Positions 23,701-35,700 of a DNA stretch of 64,000 nucleotides are shown in pieces. Source of the stretch: Thalia democratica (lineage: Eukaryota); the NCBI GenBank assembly GCA_965202585.1, contig OZ241827.1, positions 57,722,001 through 57,786,000 on the forward strand. Reading direction: 5' to 3'. Position 1 is the stretch's first letter. Each line of letters begins with the position of its first letter. A model generated the notes under the pieces. It saw nothing but the letters and a program-made list of their open reading frames with translations. It searched no databases and was not told where the DNA came from. A program made the translations under genes and the position numbers.

Positions 23701-26700
23701 TATGTGTGTTTGACTACAGTTCAAAAGTAAATTAATTTACCTTTTTATATGCAAGCTTTACTTGCAATAAAAGTTTTTGTAAATTTAAGTAGAACTGATA
23801 GCATCAAGTACAAATAACTGCTGACACATCATTACATATTAAAGTGTACATTAGACAACGTGCAATTTTGCAGTTAATAAAACCGATCGCAAAGCAAGGT
23901 ACAAAAAACAATTAATAAATTTTCCATTGTAGATTAACGACTAGACGCCATTAAACAAAGAATTTCATTGTAGTCAGTTTTAATCTCATTAGCTTCCTGC
24001 TTTATCAAACTTATTAGTAACTATATCAGAATTAAAAAAAAAATATATAAACTTGGATTCTGCCCAACTGGTTACTAATTAATTTTCATCAATCAAAATC
24101 ATCATTTCAGCAATTAAAACCTAGTTGTGTGTAAAAAAGTATACGAGCATGCTTATCAACAAATTATGAGGCAGAGATCCAACAAAGCAGAGCACCGAGT
24201 AACTGTTCAAATAGTCAGATGATATCAAAAAAGTGAAAACAATGTCAGCAGCTAGAAGTAGCAGCAGATTTCTATTTTACAAATTTGTCATCGTTTTTGT
24301 TATTTCGCTCGAACCGCGTCTCCACGGCAACCTTATTGTCGCCGCCGTTTATTGGCAACCGACCGGCGATTATTTCACGGCCAACAAGCCGCAATCAAAC
24401 GGCTCGGGGGTTGAAAGCGGGAATGCAGGTACAAAGCTTCCATTAGAAAGTAGTTTCCCGCTTAATAATAAAAGGAGGTCTGTTGAACTGGTGAACGAGG
24501 CATCGCGTGAAGTCAGAGCCCAGTTAGTTTGCTATTTTTTTAAGATAAAATTATTTTTTTTTTTTATTAATTATTTTTTTACGTTCAAAAATAATACTTT
24601 AAGAAATACTTTCTAAATAAGAAAAAAAAAGTATGACCGAGTTGTAAATATTTTGATGATGCTTGAAAAAAATAATTACAAAAAATTATCGTTAATGGTG
24701 TTACAAAACAGTAAATTTAAGACTAGTTTAAAAAACATTTAAAAAATAAATAAATTTTTAACACAAAAACTGTTATTAAACTTATAGTTGAAATATATCA
24801 TGAAAAAAGTCTGATTGTTTTTTTGCTTATTTATTATCTAAAACTTAGGTTGGTCGATTCATAGAAAGTTTTGAATATAGACTGCTTTTATAACATTTAA
24901 TTGAGACAATTATATTTTAAAAAAATGGATAAACAAACTGCAACAAAAAATTAATAATAACAACGAGCAATTTTTTTTTTGTGATTGCATTACCTGAGCG
25001 ATCTTTAACTACAAATAGTTGCAAACATATAGTCAAATGTAAATATTTGCATAAAAAAAAAACCTTTCAAAGCGGGTTACTTGGCCTTCGCACAGCGTGT
25101 TTTATGTGTTTTTGCTTTTGATAATTTCTATCATTTAACACTTAAACACTCGTCGATATCATCTATTAACTTTGCACTGTAGAGTGTTATAATCAAATTA
25201 ACACGTTTTTATAATTGACATCTATCAATTACAAAGTTTGATTTTAAAATATCAAAAAAAAAAATGAATTGTTGAAAGTAACGCAAAATAAGATGTGGAA
25301 ATTTTTGAGAGCTAAATTTTTGAGATAATTTTGTGATTTTACATTGATGAAGATTTTAAATATTTTAATATGCTTACGTGATCTTTTTGTAGTAATTTTT
25401 ATTTGTTTTTACTTAATTAGTCTAAAACATCATATTTAGTTTTCTTAATGAATCTAATAATACAAAAATAAATTATATTAATCTATGATGTTATAATAAA
25501 GTAAGTAAATTTTTACTGTTGTTTAAATTTTTAACATGTGCAAGAGAATTTGTTTCATAAAAAACGTATTTAAAGTCAAAATTACAAAGTTTGAAAACTT
25601 TCAAATAGTTGTTGTGAAAATTTTGTGTTTGCTTATTCATTAATGTACAAACTTTTTTTTATATTTAATAATTTTTTTGTCACTAAGCAGAAATAGATTA
25701 GTACTATTTGTTTAGTTATAACTGTCAAGATAACTTATTGGTTTTTATTTGCATTTTGTCTGTTAACAGTTCAAAAGGACTTCTACAAACAAAAGGCTAG
25801 TATTAATTATGGTGTTAAGTAAAACTAATTGTAAACACTTTTCACATTAGTAACAAAAACAGTTTTCAAAAACAAGTTAAAGACCAGCCTTTAAGTTACA
25901 ATAAATCATTTAAATTTTAAACTTGAAATAGTTCTAGAAAAAAATATCATGCTGATAATAGACCCTAAATTAATTGTAGACTATGATTCATAGATTAAAA
26001 CTTGATTATTATGAAGTTATATGGTACTATATTTTGTAATGTCTAGAATGAAATACGACAATTTTTTTTTCTCGATACAATGTTTATAAAAAAATAGTCT
26101 CAGCTTACAAAAAGCTATAAACTATCAAGTTTGTATTAAAATGTTATTTAGTTGTTCGCTAATAGTATGTTTTTTTTTTATTAAAGATCAAAAATAAATT
26201 TTTCTTGACAAGTATATTTTGAATGAAATAAAAACTTGAACTTTTTGTTTAATAGTCGTTAAAAAACCTTCCTTTGAAGTTTTTAGGAGTTTAAGTATTA
26301 TTTTATCTAATAAAAGAAATATTTACGAGATGAAACAACATTGTTTTACAACCCTAAACCAGTATTAATTGTGTTTGACAAAAAACATCGTTGGATAATA
26401 AAAGATTATTTAATGTGATTGTTTAAGCTATTTCACTATATAATGAAATGTGAGATTAACAATATAACTTTATTTTCAAATTATCTCAAAGCTAAAAGTT
26501 GATACAGATTATCTAAAAATAAACATTATTTGATTATTACTTTTTAAAATTTTAAATGCTTTTATCACTTTTGGTAATGCTTTTTAGACACTATTTTATT
26601 TAAATGTTAATTCTTTAATCATCAAAGTTTATTGATGATTTTTTTTAACAAAAAGAATGTTGCATATTTTTTAAATATCTTACTATAATATGGAGAATTA

Positions 26701-29700
26701 GTGAAAAAACAATTATAAAATAACATCAAAAAAACTGCTAACAACTATTAAAGCATTTATCTTAAAACAACTTGATCAATATTTTATTGTAATACGGTTT
26801 TGTATCAAAATTAGCACTAACGACTTTTGAAAACTTCCGAACATAACAGAACGTTACAAGTTAATAACGCTAAAAGCCCAAGCGAAAACAAAAATGATAA
26901 TTTAAGGGTTTAGTAATAACGCGAAAGTTTCAACTTGGTTATTTAATTTTGAGGTTTTCAGCTTTGTTCGTCGGCACACCTTTAATTTGGCCCGGTGTCA
27001 GATCTTATGAAAATTTGTATTCATGTTGTTTTAAAACGACATTAATCCCATAACGCATTGTGCTGCTAATACACTAAAGTTTTCGGCTAAACAACCTTGC
27101 ATTTGTAAAAGTTTTTTATGTGTTTTCACAAGGCTTTTAGATGTTGCAAATTTCTTAATTATCATCCAACGCAGATTTAATTAATGTAACTTCCTTTTTT
27201 GATCAAAAGCACCTTGGTTCGACAATTCCAAATTTAGAAAGCAGGCATCATCATTACAATGCTTACATTATGAAAAGTTAAAAATTAAACATATAAATAT
27301 AGTAAAACAAAACTGATAAATAAGCGTCTTTTTTGTGCAAAAATAACGAACAAAAGTCTCAATTCTCCAAAAAAATTTAAAACAGTTACGTCATAGACCA
27401 ACTCGTAGTAAATTAATCGTGTTGCGGCAATAATACACACAAGTTCATATAAAAACTCATTGGTGGTCTTTTGTCATGAAAAAACAACGAGTTGCACTTC
27501 TGTGCCACTTCAACAATTTGTTGTACTACGACCACCCCGACACACAAAAACCTTTTTTCTTTTTTTTTGTCGCAGGCTCTGTTGTAGCACAATAGTGCGA
27601 TGGCTGCGCTGTGTGTTTACAGCAGCTACTCGACAAAAGACACAAGCTCGATTAGTTTGTGTTCAGATTTTATTTAGTAGCGGCAATGACTAGATTAGAT
27701 TTTTAAGTGATTATGGTAGTAGGAAGTTAACAGGTTTTCGTTTTTTATAAGTCAGTTTAGTTTTTTTTTCGACTTTATGTTCAACTAAGTTTCAAAGTTT
27801 AAATCAACTTATAGACAATAAATTGTTTATGTTTCGTAATTTTGTAAACATAAGAAGCTTTACCAGTACCAATGATATTTTTGTTAGCTAGTTCTAAAAA
27901 CTTTTTGTTCGACTAAAGTTTATCTTGATAGTGAAAAGTATGGTTTAAAGTAATACTTCATGATACTTTGTTTACAATTCTCTATTCCTTAATTATAAGA
28001 TAAAATTTTGTCAACTAGTTTTATTTAATTGAATATATGTATTTTCAGATTGGTTTTTGCACTTTGGAGGGGATCAAAAATAAAAACTAAAGTAATAAAC
28101 TTGTTCACACCTACATTTCTAAACTCAGAAGTTTAAAACTTATACCAGTAGTAAACTTAAAAATTGTATAAAAATAAAAAATAAGTTTTTAAAATACTAG
28201 CATTAAATTAAATTTTCTAAAAATAAAAAGGTACCGCACTAACACTTAGTAATAAAAATATTTATATTACTGATAACGATAAATCAACTTGCAAATTTTT
28301 TACGAACAATTAAATTTTAACTATTTTCAGAACTCAAAATCACTGATTTGCATAAAAGCATTTTTATTTAAAATTAAATCGTCAGCAACGACGCTCTTGT
28401 CCGTTCAAACTCAGCAACAAAGTGCAATATATTTAGTTATTACAAATACGGTTTGTTTATCACTAAACTGTCACGCGCAGGATACTGTTTATGGACGCCA
28501 GTATTACAACTGCATTGTGGCATATAAGGTCGATTTCGGTTGTATAGGAAACGGTATGATGTATTTATACTGATGTGATCCATCACTCCAGTGCAACGAA
28601 TTAGCGCGGCTTAACCAACCGACGAGACGCTGTTCTGACCCCACCGAGAACAAATCCCCACCACTTTGTGTTTGCGCCGGTGACCGCTCATGCGGATCGA
28701 CGTGAGAGTTGTTGATTTCACAACTCGATGCGGTCGGCTGCGCTCGCTAATATTCTAATGCGCTCTCCGGTTCTAAAAAATTTTGAAACTGCTGTGAAAA
28801 ACTGTCAGGATAAAGAATGAATAAGCGGAGTTGATGATGATGAATTTAAGTTTTACTAACTGATGGTACAACAGTTTAATTTTAGTTATTTGCATAGAGT
28901 ATTAAACAGTCATTTAAAACTATTAACAATTTTAAACTTAAATCATAATTAGGACTAAATATATGATTTTGCTTCTTTTTTCTCCATAAATTCTTTTAAC
29001 TTTTTGTGCTTTCTGAAAGGTTATTAAATGTTAGCGCTCATACTAAATTTTGAAATTGTATGACATTTCCGAAGTATAAATAAAGCTTCTTTCATGAGCA
29101 GAAAATTTAAGTTCTACACATAAAAATTGTTTTCTTAGGTAAATTTCTTTTACATATTGAAAAGCGTATATAACAAACGCTTTACGAACATAAAAATGCG
29201 ACCGGTCGAATTTTCCAAACAAAAATAAAAGGGACATTTACGACACCAAATGCGCACTTTCCTAACCAAACAAAACGCGTTTCCGGCATTAAGCCCAGTC
29301 AAGACGGCTTCGCTGTACAAACAGCCCTGTGCTTGTGATTCTACGCATAATTACCCGTGTATAAAAACTTGTGAAAAGTTTCGAAAGTTTTAATCGTAGT
29401 CAATGAAGTGGTGTAGTTCGGAAGTGAGCAAAAGTGCAAATAAGAAATTGTTGAGAATTAGAACGAATGTGAGCAAATATTTATTAAATATGTTTGTTCT
29501 TTGCCAGTCAACTCGTGTTTGTTTTGGTTTTTCGACACAGAAAAAGGTGAAAGCGTTTGCAACGTTTTTAAACAGCAATAAATATGTTTTTTGTTTCGTT
29601 TGAACGTTCAGTTGGCGCACACTTAGTTAGCAAAGCGAAGTGTATAAAGTTGTAAGATTATGTTGCAGAAATATTTTGATGCACAAAGTTTTATTACAGA

Positions 29701-32700
29701 AATTTTAAATCAAAGACTACTTAAGTACTGCACTTGGTTAAACTGAATTAGTGATTACAGATATAAAAATATTAAAGCAGACATTTATTTGTACAAATTA
29801 AAAAGATAGAAAATTTACCAAACAGTTCTCGTAGGTAATTTGTTCTTTAAAAAAGACTATTTAGTATAATGTAAACGTATTTTGTGTATTCATATTTAAG
29901 AAATAAACTTTTTACTGCTTATTATACTTATAGTTTAGTTGTTTTTGTTTCCAAGATATAAAAGAAAATCTTGAAAAGTTGAAACTTCATCAGAGAATTT
30001 TTTTAGTAACTACGTTTTACTTTTAAGTTTTTCAATCAAATTTATAGCTTCAGGTCTAAAAATAGCATTTACCCTTTGAACCATACTTAAGCTGAAGCAA
30101 TTTGTTTTAAAGCTGAAGTTTATGACAGACAGATTTAATAACATATTGTTTTCGACAATGTTTTTGTTTTCTGTCAACATTACAATTTCGTGTAAATAGT
30201 TTGAAATTTAAATATGAATACTTTTTAATTAGAAAAACTTACTCATATTTCATAATATTTTCAACTGACCTTTTCAAAGACTTGTCGCGTTTTTTAACGA
30301 AAATCTTCTTTATACATTTTTCAATTACAACTACATGAACATAGTGGTGTAAGCTGTTTACGCGAGACTAAAAACAATAAAATTTTGTTTTGAATGTGTT
30401 TATAAAATTGTATAGACACGAAAGCATATTCATATTATGATGTCAATTCAATTTCAATATATAAGGTAAATTTTATGAAAACTTTAGTTTAAGCTTTTTG
30501 CAGTAAAAGATGCAGTCAGTCTATATAAGGATTGTAAACAAAGAAGCTTTAGCTGAAAAAAAACACAAAAATAATATTTACACTAAATACTGTTAAGTTT
30601 GTTGATAAAAAGATCAGAAAAATGTTTTTTTTACTAAAAACAAATTTGTTTGTTTTGGTTTGTATTTTAAGTTCGTATTTTATAATTTAAAGCAATATTT
30701 TTTAAAAGTTTTTGTTTATTTTTACTTTTTTATCGCACTATAATACAGCTTGATACTTTTAAACGTTTAGAATAAAAAACCATTATAAGAAGTTGTTTTC
30801 TAATTACTATTCAACTCAGATTACCATTCAAATTTTTAACTTATTTCAATTTTTTTTTACTTCAAATCCAAATTTTTAGTTGAAAATAAAACAAACTGTC
30901 TTTACTTATATTTAACAGTTTCGGAATGTTATGTATAAAACAAACATAATTTTCTTAAGTACTTATTATTGTTACTTGGCAGTATTTTTAGTTGCTATTG
31001 GACCCTGTCAAAGTATCCCAATTAGGTAAGTACCTTTAAGAAGCAATTCTAAATAGTTTTTAAAGTTGTCATAACTAAACAGTTTAAAAATACTTATGTT
31101 GTACCTAATGAAAACATGATTTCTACAAGGTTTTTATAACATCAAGTGAAAACGTTTTACTGTGATATCATTTAAGCCTCATGTTATAAATGAGAAAGGT
31201 TATACGCTTAATATAAAAATTTCAAGTCTTTAGTAGAGCAAAAAATAATAATAACCAGTAAATTAGTACATGAGAAAAAACATACTTCACAACTTGTTTA
31301 TATAGAAGATTAATTTCAGTAAACTTTTAAATGTTTGTTTCGTATATACTCATAGAACTTTAAAATTCTTATTAAAAACTCAAAATTTGCATAAGCTACA
31401 AAGAAAAGCCAATAGATAGTGTAATAAAGTTTTCAATAATTTTAGACCAAGTTTATCTGTTCTAAGTATATTTTTATATCATTAAATCTTGCTGTTTTAC
31501 TATATTGTTTTACCCATTTAGCCGAATTAAAATAACGACTTCTGTATTGGTATGTTTATACAAAGTAGGTTTTTTTCTTTTATCTAAACATAACTATAAT
31601 GTTTTATTTAAACTTGATTAGAAAATTAGACGAAAAAAAGCTAACTTACAGATTTGTATTTTTAACCAACTATGTATTATACTAGTTTCTTTAAAAACTC
31701 TGACAGTATAAAACATAGCCTTTCCGGTAACATTTTTACAAAGTAGAAGAAAAATGTAGGTTGATTTAAAACATTTTTTAGTATTTTTAATAGGCTCTAC
31801 TTATCTTTACATTAAATTAATAGCGAAAACTTAAAAAAAATTAAAAATATTCCAAAAAATTTTCAGATGGGAAATAGGTCAGTACGGTTCGTGTTCGAAA
31901 ATGTGCGGCAGAGGGATCAGAAAAAGATCTGTCACGTGTAAGTTTATGCCTGAAAATTCCACTCACCACGTCACCAACGATGACGTCATGCCTGAAATCA
32001 TGTGCCCGAACCCGAAACCTCAGTCGGTTGAACCTTGCGGGTTCGCCACCTGTCCCCCTGTCTGGATGAAGTCTGGTCTCGGGAAGGTTAGTTTTAAAAA
32101 ACCTATTGACATACCAAAATATATTCTTGATAGTAAGATTTTTTTCTTAGATTATTAAACCAATTTAAGCAAGGTTTAAACATTTAACAATTTTATAAGC
32201 TTAAGACCATTCATTGAGCTTAGCCTAGTAATTGAGCCTAGTCATCTACTTTAAGGAATACTTTTTCATTAAAAAAACTTTTTAGTGTTCTGAGCAATGC
32301 GGTAACGGGTTTCGTGAAATTTCTTACTTGTGCAAACAAAGAATAGGAACTGGCAAATTGATCCAGGTTCCTTCAAAATATTGTTCGCAGAACAAACCGT
32401 ATCGGTTGACAAGGAGAAAGTGCAAAGTTAATGAGTGCGAACCGAAATTCACTGCGGAAGATTGGAGTGAAGTATATATATTTTTCAATTTAATAAGTAT
32501 CTTGCCTGTAATTGACATAGTTAGCAACAATTAAAACAGTTTAAAAGATTTTGTATATAAGAATGTTACTACTAGGCATTTATTACTATAACTCATAAAT
32601 AATATTCTCTTTGTTAATTTACTTTGTTGATGACTTTTCAAAATACAAAAATGCACAGCTAAACCCTTTTTTTAGTGTAAAGGTGACTGCACTAAGTCAC

Positions 32701-35700
32701 GAAAAGGTTGGCAAACAAGAAAAGTTGTCTGCATGTACATGAAAAACGGAAATTGGCACAAAACTAGTGCGAATTCGAAATACTGCAAAAACTTGAAACC
32801 ACTTCCGGTCAGAAGAAGTTGCTCACTGCACAGGAAATGTATGTCCAGCTTGGGTGAGTCAACCGTTTGTTACATTTAAAAATAGTTAATTTTTTTTAAC
32901 GTCTTTTACGTCTAAGTAATTTGTATAATGCTGTAATTAAAGCTGCCAATCAAGAAGAGCATTCCACGATCCAAAGGAGGCCCAACCCGACCAAGATCAA
33001 CGGAGGGCTGAGAGTATTCGTGCAGAAGAGCGCCAGAAAAATCCCCCTCCAATTGACCCTCCCGCTGAAGGCCTTCGTCATCCCTGGAACCACCATCATC
33101 GTCAAGTGCAGCTTCAAAAAGTGAGTTTTAATGCAAACAATAACGTCATGTGCAAGGTCAATGCGCTACAAAATAAAGTTTGCTTATCGGCAAGTGGGAG
33201 AGAATGATGAAGGCAATTAGCTTTGATTATCTGCTGCTTTGCTTGCTCATTTGACGATTTGATGGCAAGTGGGCAAACAAGGTTACATCAATCAGAGGAA
33301 GTTTTGCCTCCTGTTTGCCCAAAAACTTCAGACAATGGCCTAGTTTTACATTAAAAAATAAACAAATATCTGCAAACAACTTTTGCTATTTTGGCTTCAA
33401 AGAGTCACAGATAGTTTTGGCGCGCTATAATGAGTATTGCAGTGCGAATTTTGTGATGTTTCGTTAATGGGAGATATTTTCGGACATTAATCTTCCTTTT
33501 GGAGCTAATTAACGCTATTTTTACATTGCGGCGGTCCTAAATGTTATTTCTTCCAGCTAATTAGCTCTATTTTTGCTCAGCGGTGCGCCATCAAAACACG
33601 CGTGGTTTGTCAACAAGCGGAGGGTGAAGAGCAGGCGGGGGAAGGTGATGGTGACGAAGGGGGGCAACCTGAAGATGAGCAAGATCAGGATGAGGAGGAG
33701 GCAGATGGTGAAGTGCCAGGGAGGACAGGGCAGGAGCAGGCTGCTCGTTCTCATCAACAAAAGTTTAATTTTTATTTTATTTCAAATAATCCTAATTACC
33801 AAAAGAATATGTTAACTGGTTTAATTAAAAATTAAGACTGTTGTAGCGTTTGAGAACTGAGTTAGTAAAACAAAATTTATTTTAATTTTAAATTGTGTTA
33901 CTATACAACCTTAATACTAAACTATACAATGTGTTGCTTTGAAGCTCAAGTTCAATTAGTTTAAATGCTGTTTAGATGATGTGTGTGTAATAAGTAACAA
34001 ATTCAAATCAGCTTGAACTTCAGTAGTTAATTGAATTAAAGATTTGGAAAAAAAGTTTGATTTTTGTGTTTTTCTGAATACAGCTCTTTGTGTTTACAAA
34101 TTACGTCACTTTTAATTTTATTTACGGTTCAATTAAAATAAATAGCAATTTCTCAAACTTAATTTTTTAATTAAAAACGTGATTTATATGCTGATAAATA
34201 ATGTACAATGTTTGTAATGAGAAGTGCATTAAAAATTAAAAAACAAAAAACTTTGCAAAGCAGGTTCGAAATAAGAGTTCTTGAAAATTTATTACCAGTT
34301 TATTTTCTCTTTAAATTTATCCACTGAACATGTTTTGAATGAGCTTTTGAATTACGTAATCCTTTGTAGGCTAATAAAGCTTTAAAATTTAACTTTATTT
34401 GTAACACAATTTCAACAAAAGGTTTTAAAAAAATATATGGTTGTAAAAATTTTCACATTCCGTTAAAACTTTTGTTTTAAATAAGAACTGTATAGTATTT
34501 TTCTCAGCTATAATTAGTAGAAAATTATGAAAAAGCTTAGCTTTATAAAAGTTTGAAGTAGTTCAAAATCAAATAATACTGTCTTTTTACGTATAACAGC
34601 TTTACATTGCATGACAACGCGTGTAAGAACATTAAAAGCAACTAATTAAAAATTTTAAAGATTAAATTTGTATTTAATTAACCTTTAGGAGCTGCCAGCG
34701 GATCGCATAAAGGTTTAGTGCAAGTTAAAGAGAACCATTTGAAAGAAGGGGGTCAAGCTTTTCAACAATCCATTACCAAGTACAGCGACAGAAAAGTTTG
34801 TCAATTTTTCACGTGCAAATTTTACATAAAATATAAAAAGCTGCCTTTAATTTTAAAAGACTTGAACTAGTTAAATTACTATTAAATTATTTAAAATTTT
34901 ATAATCATCAGGTAATTTTTAATTGAGTTTGTAACAACAAGACCGAATAAGTTTAAATATTTGTTCAGTAAATTCTTGGCATAGGAGTGACTTCCATCGT
35001 ACAAGTTAATTGTATTAAAATTCCAAGTATACACACAACTTCGCGTTTCAACTCTAACATTTGCAGCATTTGAAGCTCGCAACTGGAACTAAAGCTGTGA
35101 ACAAGAAGGTAATTAGAAAGAAACCTCACATAATCAACGATTACAAAGTCGTCCAACTACAAGAAATTGTGGCTGCTAAAACTGACTTTTTAGGTATTTC
35201 TAGTAATATACATAGATATTTTCAAAACTATTGATTGCTTATATATTTTATTTTATTAAATTTAGGAATTAGTTGTTTTTTAATGACTTAATAGCTTTAT
35301 GCTAATATAACATCCGTTAACAACCTTTCATAAAAAAATCAAGGTTATGTAGTTTAAAAAAAAATCTTGGTTTCATTAACAAGTTTTCGACGAAACATGT
35401 ATTGTACTTTAAATTCTGTTTCCTAAATTAAAATGTACTTTAAGGCTACAGAGAACGAAAGCACCTTCCGTTGGACTCGAAACAATCCACTGTGGTTGTC
35501 ACGATAACTCCTCCCCCTACCGACGAAAACGGGGTGAAAAAGGCGCCATCTATCCATGTTGAGCCGACTATCGACCCCCTTCAGTACAATGATGACGTCA
35601 TAGTCAACGTCGGAGGGTCGGTGGTGGTCGTTGGGTCACGGCGGGTGACCATTTTGTGCGAGGTTACAGGGGAATACCCTATTAAGGTGAAATGGATGAA

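Noticed and set aside
27577-27693. Strong acceptor (TTTTTTTTGTCGCAG) followed by a short open frame
   Set aside because: No phase-compatible donor and no domain similarity; at most a non-coding or cryptic exon.
33602-33835. Acidic ORF ([21 protein letters not shown]...) overlapping exon 22
   Set aside because: Alternative frame of a purine-rich exon. The splice phase and the Ig Trp/Cys pattern support the basic frame.
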